64,000 nt of DNA, taken from contig OZ243944.1 in the NCBI GenBank assembly GCA_965214295.1, positions 917,099-981,098 of the forward strand, read 5' to 3'. The notes beneath the pieces are model-generated. The model had not been told where the DNA came from. It ran no database searches and was given only the letters and a program-made list of their open reading frames with translations. The position numbers were made by a program, and so were the translations under genes. The stretch's first letter is position 1; every line of letters begins with the position of its first letter. This document shows positions 53,743-62,335 of this stretch, in pieces. This stretch comes from Chloroflexota bacterium (GTDB lineage Bacteria > Chloroflexota > UBA11872 > UBA12225 > JAJDUF01).

Positions 53743-54708
53743 ATGGCACGACTGGCAGTAGGAATCGTCGGCTGCGGGGGCCGGGCGCGCGGGCACATGC
53801 AGGCGTTGCACCAGTTTGACGACGTAGCGATGGTCGCCGTGTGCGACCCGATCCCAGCGGCGCGCGACGCGGCCGGGGACGAGTTCGGCGTGGCGCACCG
53901 CTACGCCAGCGTGGCGGACATGCTCGACAACGAGGCCCTCGACGCCGCGTTCGTCGCCACCCCGCCGCACATCAACGCTCAGGCCGCGCTGCCTTGCCTG
54001 GAGCGCGGTGTGAACACGCTGGTGGAGAAGCCGCCAGGGATGAACGTTGCCGAGGCGCGAGCACTACGCGACGCGGCAGAGCGTTCGGGCGCCAAGGGCA
54101 TAGTAGGCTTCCAGCGCCGGTTCAACTGGGTGCTGGTCCAAGCGCGCCGGATGGTCGAGGCTCGCGGGCCGGTTGTGCAGTTGGTCGGCGAGTTCCACAA
54201 GAGCATGAGCCGGACCGAGGCCGGCGGCACGTTTCCGCCGGCCGTCCTGGAGAACATCCTGCTCGAAACGCCCATCCACTCCATTGACCTGCTGTGCGCG
54301 CTCGCTGGCGCGGACGTGGCCGAGGTGCATAGCGTCAGGCGCCGCGCCCTCCACCGCTACGTTGATGTCTACGCCGCGCAGATCGTCTTCGAGAACGGCT
54401 GCGTCGCTCATCTCATCGCCAACTACACCACCGATGCGCGGCTGCAACGCTACGAAATCCACGGTCGCGACATCTCGGCATATCTGGAAGGCATCTCGGA
54501 AGGCGTCGTCTTCAGCGACGGCGAGCGCCACACGCTGACCCTCGGCGGGAGGAACGACACGGCGGACCAAGCTCGCTTCTTCCTCGACTGCATCAAGGAG
54601 GACCGGCCCGTCACGCTCCCCGCCGCCACGCTCGACGAAGGCATCAAGACGATGGAGCTAGCCGCAGCGATCCTCGCCGGTCGAGAGCTGGAGAGCGCAG
54701 CGTCCTGA
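53743..54708 (+). CDS. Gfo/Idh/MocA-family oxidoreductase (paralog of 14654..15601)
   Basis: VGIVGCGGRARGH, LVEKPPG. Colinear similarity along the whole length to 14654..15601. Confidence 0.9.
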   Translation: MARLAVGIVGCGGRARGHMQALHQFDDVAMVAVCDPIPAARDAAGDEFGVAHRYASVADMLDNEALDAAFVATPPHINAQAALPCLERGVNTLVEKPPGMNVAEARALRDAAERSGAKGIVGFQRRFNWVLVQARRMVEARGPVVQLVGEFHKSMSRTEAGGTFPPAVLENILLETPIHSIDLLCALAGADVAEVHSVRRRALHRYVDVYAAQIVFENGCVAHLIANYTTDARLQRYEIHGRDISAYLEGISEGVVFSDGERHTLTLGGRNDTADQARFFLDCIKEDRPVTLPAATLDEGIKTMELAAAILAGRELESAAS

Positions 54709-54738
54709 GTGGAGAGGCCCACGCACCGCACCCTCCGG

Positions 54739-54769
54739 CCCCCTCTCCATACGCCGAGCGATAGAGAAG
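54739..54769. repeat. D-type element upstream of ECF sigma gene
   Basis: CCCCCTCTCCATACGCCGAGCGATAGAGAAG. Related copies at 55524..55559, 12364..12393 and 17047..17075. Confidence 0.75.
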
Positions 54770-54857
54770 ATGAGTCTGCTCCGCAGGGGGACGGGCGCAG
54801 GACAACCTAGATTCGTGCCCATGATGGCCGGGGGGGTGCGGCCAGACTAGGAATGTC

Positions 54858-55499
54858 GTGCCCATGAACGACGACGCGGCGCTGGTCGCGCTGGCGCAGA
54901 GCAGCGACCGCTCGGCGTTTAATCGGCTGGTCGTGCGGTACCAAGACCGCGTCTACGGCCTCTGCTGGCGCCTGACCGGGGACCCGGATACCGCCGATGA
55001 CGCGGCGCAGGAGACCTTCATCGCAGCGTACCGGCACCTGCAAGACTTCCGCGGCGGCTCGTTTCCGGCGTGGCTCATGCGTATCGCCACGCGCCGGTGC
55101 TACGACGTCCACCGCCAGCGCCAACGACGCCCGGCCGTCTCACTGGATCATCCGGGCCGCCCCAACGACGAGTCGGACGGGCCGTTGGCCACGCTACCCG
55201 ATCCGCAGCCTGGCCCGGAGGCAGCGGCCGAGGGGCACGAGCTGGCGGCCGTGCTGCAAGCGGGGCTGCTTACGCTGTCTCCGGACCAACGAACGGCGCT
55301 CACCATGTGCGACGTACACGGCTACGACTACCAAACCATCGCCGAAAGTACCCAAGTGCCCCTGGGCACGGTACGGTCGCGGATTAATCGTGGCCGGCGG
55401 CGGCTGCGCGAGTATCTGGCCAGGCAGCGGGAACTCTTGCCGCATCCGTACCGTCATGCCTTCAGTGAAAGGGCCTCCCTGGAGTCGGCCGATGTCTAG
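54858..55499 (+). CDS. ECF-type RNA polymerase sigma-70 family factor
   Basis: Region 2 (FNRLVVRYQDRVYGLCWRLTGD..ADDAAQETFIAAY) and region 4 HTH (YQTIAESTQVPLGTVRSRINRGR). Confidence 0.9.
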   Translation: MPMNDDAALVALAQSSDRSAFNRLVVRYQDRVYGLCWRLTGDPDTADDAAQETFIAAYRHLQDFRGGSFPAWLMRIATRRCYDVHRQRQRRPAVSLDHPGRPNDESDGPLATLPDPQPGPEAAAEGHELAAVLQAGLLTLSPDQRTALTMCDVHGYDYQTIAESTQVPLGTVRSRINRGRRRLREYLARQRELLPHPYRHAFSERASLESADV

Positions 55500-55523
55500 G
55501 TTGTCATTGCGCCGCACCCCCCG

Positions 55524-55559
55524 TCCCCCTCTCCATCGCCGAGCGATAGAGAGGGGGGG
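55524..55559. repeat. D-type hairpin element between sigma and anti-sigma genes
   Basis: CCCCCTCTCCATCGCCGAGCGATAGAGAGGGGGGG, nested in a larger inverted repeat GCCGCACCCCCCG...CGGCGGGGGTGCGGC. Confidence 0.78.
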
Positions 55560-55583
55560 CCGCGCAGCGGCGGGGGTGCGGCC

Positions 55584-56519
55584 GTGAGTATTCGTCAGTC
55601 GCCGCCGGCTGCCGGCCACGCCTGGGCGACCGAGCTGCTGTCGGCGCTTTTGGACGGCGAGCTGGACGAGACGACCGCGGCCGCGGTTACGGATCACGTG
55701 CAGGCGTGCGCGGAGTGCAGCCGCGATTGGGACGAGCTACGGGCCACCAAGCAGCTGCTGGCCACGCTGCCGGCAGCTCAGGCACCGCGCTCCTATGCGA
55801 TCCGCGCCGACGATCTCGGTGAGCCGGAGCACACCTGGGCAACCTTCTGGCAGCGCCTACTGGGACTGACCTGGCGGCTATCCGGCGCCGTCGCGGTGGT
55901 GGTCATCCTGATCGGCACTATGCAGATCGCCGGCATCAATCTAGGCAGGGAGGCGGAAACCCAATACGTCCAAGCGGAGCCGCAAGCGGGGCCGGCCAGA
56001 CCACCGGGCGAGCTTGGCGCGACCGGAGCAGCCGGCGCACCGGCGGCCTCAGACGTAGCCAGTCAGGCTAACATGGTAGCGAAAGAGCAGGCGATGGTCG
56101 TCGAGCAGGTCGCGGAAGAGCAAAGCGCGAAACTGAGGTTAGCGGAGCAGGCCGTTGCTGCCGCGCGCGCACCGAGCACAGCCGATGCTCGCGCGCCCAC
56201 GCCGGATGCTGGCCCAGCGGCAGCGGCCGCTCCCCCGCCCGTTGGGAGGCAGCAATCCAAGCCTGCTGCGCCGCCGGCCGCACCGGCTACCAAAACCGAG
56301 ATCGCAGACACCGCAACGGCACAGCCGACGGCGCCTCCTACTCGGCCCACGGCAGTACCGCCACCGGAGCGAGCGGCCCCGGCGGTTGCCCTGCAACGGG
56401 AGCCGGCCGGTCCGACGTTCGCTCCGGGGGTGCTATGGCTCATCGGCGGCGCCGTCGTGGGAGTCGTGGCCGGGGCGGCCGGGCTGGGAGAGCGCTGGGT
56501 TCGCGGGCGTCGGAGCTGA
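55584..56519 (+). CDS. anti-sigma factor (zf-HC2) with one TM and Ala/Pro-rich extracytoplasmic region
   Basis: HVQACAECSRDW zinc-finger motif directly downstream of the ECF sigma gene. Has TM segments and a low-complexity AP-rich part. Confidence 0.8.
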   Translation: MSIRQSPPAAGHAWATELLSALLDGELDETTAAAVTDHVQACAECSRDWDELRATKQLLATLPAAQAPRSYAIRADDLGEPEHTWATFWQRLLGLTWRLSGAVAVVVILIGTMQIAGINLGREAETQYVQAEPQAGPARPPGELGATGAAGAPAASDVASQANMVAKEQAMVVEQVAEEQSAKLRLAEQAVAAARAPSTADARAPTPDAGPAAAAAPPPVGRQQSKPAAPPAAPATKTEIADTATAQPTAPPTRPTAVPPPERAAPAVALQREPAGPTFAPGVLWLIGGAVVGVVAGAAGLGERWVRGRRS

Positions 56520-56599
56520 CGCCTGCGCGGTCGGATCGTAGGGGCAGGTAGCCGGTGTCCAGGTAGGGGCACGGCTACCTGCTGAGGTGTCCGGCGGAC

Positions 56600-59068
56600 T
56601 TAGGCTGCCGCCGGCTGCTCGACCTTCGTGGGTGTGGCCGGCACGATGAGGTGCTCGACGGCCCAGGTAAGCTCGCCGTCCGCGACATCCACGCGGACCC
56701 GATCACCAGCGTTGTAGTCACCGGCGAGTACGCCGCGGGCCATCGTGTTCTCGATCTGCTGCTGAATGAGCCGGCGCAACGGCCGGGCCCCGTAAGCCTC
56801 GTCGTAGCCACGGTCCAGGAGCCAGTCGCGGGCCGCCGCCGTCAACTCCAGCGCGATGTCTAGCTCGTTCAGCCGCTGGCGCAGGTCGGACAGCAGCTTG
56901 TCCACGACCGCGCGGAGCTGCGGCCGCGTGAGCCGGTGGAAGACGATGGTTTCGTCAATCCGGTTCAGGAACTCGGGACGGAAGGTGCGCCGCAGCGAGT
57001 CCATGATCCGGTCGCGTAGCTGCCGCTCGGCTTGATCGGCGGCGCCGTCGCCGCCAAAGAAGCCCACCGGCCCCGCCCGTAGGGTGAGGCCACTTGTGCC
57101 CGCGTTCGAGGTCATAATGATGACCGTGTTGCGGAAATCCACAACGCGACCCTGACCGTCCGTGAGCCGCCCATCTTCGAGAATCTGAAGCAGCGCATTG
57201 AAGACTTCGGGATGTGCCTTCTCCACCTCATCGAACAGAATGACCTGGTAGGGCCGGCGCCGGACGGCCTCGGTCAACTGACCACCGCGGTCGTAGCCCA
57301 CGTAGCCCGGCGGCGCCCCGAACAGCCGGGAGACGTTGTGGCCTTCCACGTACTCCGACATGTCGAGGCGCAACAGCGCGTCCTCGTCGTCGAAGAGATA
57401 GGCCGCGAGGCTCTTGGCCAGCTCCGTCTTGCCGACGCCCGTTGGCCCGAGGAAGAGGAAGGACCCAATGGGCCGGCGGGGATCTGCCAGTCCCGACCGC
57501 GAGCGCCGGATCGCATCGGCAACGGCGACGACGGCCGCCTCCTGTCCGACCAGGCGCTCGTGCAGCGCCGCCTCCAGATGCAGCAGCTTCTCGGCGTCCT
57601 CGGTGTAGATGTTGGTCACGGGCACACCGGTCCACTTGGCGATCACTTCCGCCACGTCGTTGGCCGATACTGACACGGCTGCAAGTTGGGCCGGATCCGG
57701 CTGCTTGTCGGCCAAGGCCTCTTCCAGTGCCAACCGCTCCTGACGCAACTGCATCGCACGCTCGTAGTCACGCTCCACGGCCGCCTGCTCTTCTTCTTCG
57801 CCGATCTGGCGGACGCGCGCGATCCGCTGTGCAACCTCCGGGTCGCGCATCGAGGTCCGCAGGCGCACCTTCGCGGCGGCCTCGTCCATCACGTCAATGG
57901 CCTTATCGGGAAGGTAGCGTTCGCTGATGTAGCGGTCGGCCAGTTTCACCGCTACCGCCAGCGCTTCATCGGCGATGTGGAGCCGGTGATGCTCCTCGTA
58001 TTTCGGTCGCAAGCCCTCCAGAATCTTGATCGTAGTCTCCTGGTCGGGCGGACCGACGTACACTGGCTGGAAGCGCCGTTCGAGCGCCGGGTCTTTCTCG
58101 ATATGCTGCCGGTACTCGTCCGGCGTGGTGGCACCAATCGCCCGTAGCTGCCCACGGGCCAGCGCCGGCTTAAGCAAGTTTCCGGCGTCAATCGCCCCCT
58201 CGGCACCGCCGGTACCGACCAAGGTATGCACTTCGTCAATGAAGAGAATGACCGCGCCCTTGGCGTCCTGCACCTCTTGGATGACCCCTTTGATGCGCTC
58301 CTCGAACTCGCCGCGGAACTTGGAGCCGGCCAGGGTAGCCCCGATGTCGAGCGCGAGCACTCGCTTACCTAGCAGCGGCTCCGGGACAGTCTCGGCAGCA
58401 ATGCGCTGCGCCAGTCCCTCGGCGATAGCGGTCTTCCCAACACCGGGCGGACCGATCAGGACGGGGTTGTTTTTCGTGCGCCGGCTGAGGACCTCCATCA
58501 AGCGCGTGACTTCCTCATCGCGCCCGATCACCGGGTCGAGCTGATTGTCCTGTGCCAACTGAGTCAGGTCAACGGTGTACTGGGCGAGCACCCGGGCTTG
58601 GTTTTCGGCCGTGGGGCTATCCATCGGGCGCGAGCCGCGCACGTCCTTCAGGGCCTTGGCGACACGGTCGGGGGTCAGACCGGCCGTGGCAACCAGCCGT
58701 GCTCCGGCTCCACCTTCGGCTAACGCCGACACCAGCAGGTGCTCGGCGCTGACGAACGCATCGCCGCGCTGACCGGCGGCGGCGAGGGCGGCATCCATGA
58801 CCCGCTTGGTCCGCGGACCGAGGTAGATCTGCGTGCCGCCCGGCACGCGCGGCTGCTGGGCCAGCACGCCGCGCACGCGCTGGGCCAACGCCCGCCCATC
58901 CAAGTCCAACTCTTTCAGGGTTTCGGGGATGATGCCTTGCGGCGCTTCCAAGAGCGCCACCAACAGGTGCTCCGGCTCGAACGTAGTGTGTCCGAACTCG
59001 GCCAGGAGACCTTGACCACGCATCAGGGATTCCTGGGCGGCATGGGTGAAACGGTCGAGAGGTAACAT
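56600..59068 (-). CDS. clpC: AAA+ class-I Clp chaperone, ClpC-type (two ATPase modules, short UVR-like middle domain, VGF ClpP-loop)
   Basis: Two Walker A sites ([16 protein letters not shown]). Clp_N repeats. [14 protein letters not shown]-like motif. GPVGF loop. 822 aa. Confidence 0.95.
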   Translation of the reverse strand: MLPLDRFTHAAQESLMRGQGLLAEFGHTTFEPEHLLVALLEAPQGIIPETLKELDLDGRALAQRVRGVLAQQPRVPGGTQIYLGPRTKRVMDAALAAAGQRGDAFVSAEHLLVSALAEGGAGARLVATAGLTPDRVAKALKDVRGSRPMDSPTAENQARVLAQYTVDLTQLAQDNQLDPVIGRDEEVTRLMEVLSRRTKNNPVLIGPPGVGKTAIAEGLAQRIAAETVPEPLLGKRVLALDIGATLAGSKFRGEFEERIKGVIQEVQDAKGAVILFIDEVHTLVGTGGAEGAIDAGNLLKPALARGQLRAIGATTPDEYRQHIEKDPALERRFQPVYVGPPDQETTIKILEGLRPKYEEHHRLHIADEALAVAVKLADRYISERYLPDKAIDVMDEAAAKVRLRTSMRDPEVAQRIARVRQIGEEEEQAAVERDYERAMQLRQERLALEEALADKQPDPAQLAAVSVSANDVAEVIAKWTGVPVTNIYTEDAEKLLHLEAALHERLVGQEAAVVAVADAIRRSRSGLADPRRPIGSFLFLGPTGVGKTELAKSLAAYLFDDEDALLRLDMSEYVEGHNVSRLFGAPPGYVGYDRGGQLTEAVRRRPYQVILFDEVEKAHPEVFNALLQILEDGRLTDGQGRVVDFRNTVIIMTSNAGTSGLTLRAGPVGFFGGDGAADQAERQLRDRIMDSLRRTFRPEFLNRIDETIVFHRLTRPQLRAVVDKLLSDLRQRLNELDIALELTAAARDWLLDRGYDEAYGARPLRRLIQQQIENTMARGVLAGDYNAGDRVRVDVADGELTWAVEHLIVPATPTKVEQPAAA

Positions 59069-59103
59069 CGCTGTAAATCCTTGAGTGTATTCGTTACAAC
59101 TTT

Positions 59104-59132
59104 AGTGTAGTAAAACAGATAAATTATGTCAA
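59104..59132 (-). promoter_or_regulatory. sigma-70-like promoter for clpC
   Basis: On the minus strand: TTGACA (59132-59127), 17 nt spacer, TACACT (59109-59104), in the AT-rich patch ~35 nt upstream of the clpC start. Confidence 0.5.
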
Positions 59133-59141
59133 GATCGGGCG

Positions 59142-59171
59142 TTGACAGCCCGGACGGGACGCGGGTAGAAT
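59142..59171 (+). promoter_or_regulatory. sigma-70-like promoter for alaS
   Basis: TTGACA (59142-59147), 18 nt spacer, TAGAAT (59166-59171), ~115 nt upstream of the alaS ATG. Confidence 0.55.
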
Positions 59172-59286
59172 GGCACCGGAGCAACCTCCTCCCTAGGCCC
59201 GTCTCCCGCCCATCGGCAGCGGCGGGCGCGGGGCCGGGGCCTCGCAGGCACACTGCCAACCTCCTACCACGCACTGGATAGCACGG

Positions 59287-62130
59287 ATGCGTAGTGAAGA
59301 GATTCGCCGGCGCTTTGTCACGTATTTCGAGCGTCAAGGACATCTGGCTCTGCCAAGCGCCTCGCTCATCCCCCACGACGATCCGAGCGTGCTGTTCACC
59401 TCGGCGGGGATGCAGCAGTTCGCCCCCTACTTCGTCGGGGCCGCGGCGCCGCCGGCGCCCCGTCTTGTGACCGTCCAACGCTGCGTGCGGACGGACGACA
59501 TCGAAGAGGTCGGTGACAATACGCACCACACCTTCTTCGAGATGCTGGGACACTTCTCCTTTGGTGACTACTTCAAGCGGGAAGCCATCGCCTTCGCTTT
59601 CGAGTTTGTAACCAAGGAGCTAGGACTTCCTGCCGACCGTCTATGGGCGACGATCTTTGCCGGAGAGCCTGGCATTCCCCGCGATGATGAGGCGGAAGCA
59701 GCGTGGCAGGCAGTGGGTATTCCGGACAGCCGTATTCGGTCGTTCGGATTCGACGAGAATTGGTGGGGACTGGAGACCGGTCCGTGTGGGCCAGACTCGG
59801 AGATCCATATTGATCTCGGCCCAGAGGCCGGCTGCGGCCTCCCTGACGACCAGTGCGGACCGAACCACTGCAACCGTTTCTTCGAGTTCTGGAACGCGGT
59901 CTTCAACCAGTACAACAAAGCTGCCGATGGCACCCTGACGCCGCTCAAGCGCACCGGGATTGACACGGGCGCCGGTTTCGAGCGCATCGTGGCCCTCCTG
60001 CAGGACAAACCGTCAGCCTACGAGACCGATCTCTTCGCTCCCCTGATCGCTGCGGCGGCGGCGCAGACCGGGGTGGCCTATGGCAAGGCGCCGGATACGG
60101 ACCTCTCGCTCCGGGTCATCGCCGAGCACCTCCGCGCCGCGACCTTTCTGGTGGCCGACGGCGCGCTGCCCTCCAGCGAGGGGCGCGGTTACGTCGTGCG
60201 CCGGCTGATCCGCCGCGCTGTCCGGCACAGCCGCCTACTCGGCAGCGAAGTGCCAATTACCGGTCCGGTTGTCGCGGCCACCCTCGACCGGATGGCCGAG
60301 CACTACCCCCACCTGGCGCAGAAACGTGCCCTGATCGAGCGAGCCGCGGCGGACGAGGAGGCACAGTTCGAGCGGACCCTCGACGCCGGCACGCAGCTGC
60401 TGGAAGCGGAGGTCGCCGCGCTGAGGGCACAGGGAAATACCACCCTGCCGGGCGAGACGGCCTTTCGGCTCTACGATACGTTCGGCTTCCCGCTCCCGTT
60501 GACCGAGGAGATCGCCGCCGCGCAGGGCATGGAGGTGGATACGGACGATTTCGAGCAGCGCATGGCCGCGCAGCGCGAGCGCAGCCGGGCGGCGCAGCAG
60601 TTCGAGCAGTGGCGTGGCATCACGCTCCCGGCAGTCGAGGTCACGTTCGAGGGGTATGCCGGGACCGCGGTGGACGGCGCCGAGGTGTTGTGGATCGGAC
60701 CGGTGGCGGTGCCAGATAGTGCGGAATCGGCGCGTCAGGACAACGAGCCCGCCACCGCCGCACCACACCTGGCCCTATCCGTGCGGCGGTGGCCGGCTCC
60801 GGTAGCCGTAGCCGGGGCCGCGGCGATGATCGTCCTCGACCGCACACCCTTCTACGCCGAGGGCGGCGGGCAGGTAGCCGATAACGGGACCATCACCGGC
60901 CCACACGGACGCTTCACCGTACAGGACGTGCAGCGACCGGCCGGCAAGGTCATCGTGCATATCGGGGAAGTCGCCGAGGGCCAGCTGGCAGTCGGCGAGC
61001 GGGTCAGTGCCCACGTTGACCGCGCGCGGCGCGCTGCTACCGCTCGTCACCACAGCGCGACCCACCTCCTGCACGCTGCGCTGCGGGCAGTGCTGGGCGA
61101 GCACGTCCAGCAGTCCGGCTCCTTGGTTGCGCCGGAGCGGCTGCGCTTCGACTTCTCCCACCGGGGGGCCCTCGACCCCGACGAGCAGCGCGAGATCGAG
61201 CACCGGGTCAACGCCGCGATTCGCGCCAACCTGCCCGTGGAGCCGACGGTCATGCCGCTGCAAGAGGCATTGGCGAGCGGGGCGCTCGCGCTCTTCGACG
61301 AGCGTTATGGCGAGCAGGCACGGGTAGTCCACATCGGCGATCTCAGCCGTGAGCTGTGCGGTGGGACCCACGTCGCGCGAACGGGCGACATCGGCTCCTT
61401 CATGCTGACAGCGGAAGGGGGCATCGGCTCCGGCCTGCGCCGTGTCGAGGCGGTGACGGGTGCTGCCGCCGAGTCGTTGGCGGCTGATACCCGCGCCACG
61501 CTGGAGACGCTGAGTCACACGCTGGGCGTCCCGGCGGCCGAGGTGGTCGGGCGCGTGGAGCAGCTGCAAGCGGAGTTAGCGGAAACGCGCCGCCAACTGG
61601 CAGCGGCCAGTCGTCAATCCGACCAAAGCACGCTGGAAAGCGTCCTGCAGGAGGCGGTCGGGGTCAACGTGGCGACGCCAGAGCCGCACGATCCTATGGG
61701 AGTCGGTGGTGCGGCTCTGGCATGCCACGCGCATGTCTTGGCGACAGAGGTCGCGGTAGCCGACATGCACGCGCTGCGGGAAACGGGCGATTGGCTCCGC
61801 GACCACCTCCCTGGGCCGGCGGCGCTCATTCTCGGCACCACGCGGTCCAAACGACCGCAACTGCTGGTGACCGTGCCGCGCGAGCTGGTGAACAACGGCC
61901 TGAGTGCGGGCGCTTTGCTGCGCGAGGTGGCGGCGACCATGGGCGCAAAAGGGGGCGGCCGGCCGGCCATGGCTCAGGGCGGCGGCGGCGATCCTTCGCG
62001 CCTGGCAGCGGCGCTGGCTCACGGCCGCGAGCGGGCAATCGCGATTTTACGCGGTGGTGACACACCCGATCCGCATAAGGCAGCGCAATCCAAGGGGGCG
62101 CGGACCAAGCGGCCGGGTGGCGCCTCGTGA
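59287..62130 (+). CDS. alaS: alanine--tRNA ligase
   Basis: MRSEEIRRRFVTYFERQGH, FTSAGM, HHTFFEMLGHFSFGDYFK, editing-domain HxxxH (HSATHLLH), CGGTH, C-terminal DHHA1-like. Carries a repeat insertion at 60751..60793. Confidence 0.97.
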   Translation: MRSEEIRRRFVTYFERQGHLALPSASLIPHDDPSVLFTSAGMQQFAPYFVGAAAPPAPRLVTVQRCVRTDDIEEVGDNTHHTFFEMLGHFSFGDYFKREAIAFAFEFVTKELGLPADRLWATIFAGEPGIPRDDEAEAAWQAVGIPDSRIRSFGFDENWWGLETGPCGPDSEIHIDLGPEAGCGLPDDQCGPNHCNRFFEFWNAVFNQYNKAADGTLTPLKRTGIDTGAGFERIVALLQDKPSAYETDLFAPLIAAAAAQTGVAYGKAPDTDLSLRVIAEHLRAATFLVADGALPSSEGRGYVVRRLIRRAVRHSRLLGSEVPITGPVVAATLDRMAEHYPHLAQKRALIERAAADEEAQFERTLDAGTQLLEAEVAALRAQGNTTLPGETAFRLYDTFGFPLPLTEEIAAAQGMEVDTDDFEQRMAAQRERSRAAQQFEQWRGITLPAVEVTFEGYAGTAVDGAEVLWIGPVAVPDSAESARQDNEPATAAPHLALSVRRWPAPVAVAGAAAMIVLDRTPFYAEGGGQVADNGTITGPHGRFTVQDVQRPAGKVIVHIGEVAEGQLAVGERVSAHVDRARRAATARHHSATHLLHAALRAVLGEHVQQSGSLVAPERLRFDFSHRGALDPDEQREIEHRVNAAIRANLPVEPTVMPLQEALASGALALFDERYGEQARVVHIGDLSRELCGGTHVARTGDIGSFMLTAEGGIGSGLRRVEAVTGAAAESLAADTRATLETLSHTLGVPAAEVVGRVEQLQAELAETRRQLAAASRQSDQSTLESVLQEAVGVNVATPEPHDPMGVGGAALACHAHVLATEVAVADMHALRETGDWLRDHLPGPAALILGTTRSKRPQLLVTVPRELVNNGLSAGALLREVAATMGAKGGGRPAMAQGGGGDPSRLAAALAHGRERAIAILRGGDTPDPHKAAQSKGARTKRPGGAS
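60751..60793. repeat. E-type hairpin element (inverted orientation) in frame inside alaS
   Basis: GCCACCGCCGCAC-cacacctggccctatcc-GTGCGGCGGTGGC. The loop is the reverse complement of the 44812 loop with 1 mismatch. Translated as ATAAPHLALSVRRWP. Confidence 0.88.
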
Positions 62131-62335
62131 GCGACCCGGGGTCAGTCAGCCTTCGGTGGCGCGATTCCAGTATCACCGGAACACTCGGCCCGGAGCGGAT
62201 GCCCCAAGAGGGCGTCCTGGAGAGAGTGGCCATGAAGGCAGCGGCGCCACGGGCAGGGACCAACGAGACACTGTCCGGTGTGACGGAAACGACGGCGGTA
62301 GCGGTGGTGTAACCCAAGCGGTCAGAGCATCCACC

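Noticed and set aside
59172-59286. Possible T-box or other riboswitch in the alaS leader
   Set aside because: The leader is only about 115 nt. I cannot find a T-box consensus (AGGGUGGNACCGCG-like) or a specifier-loop architecture. It has only one GC hairpin.
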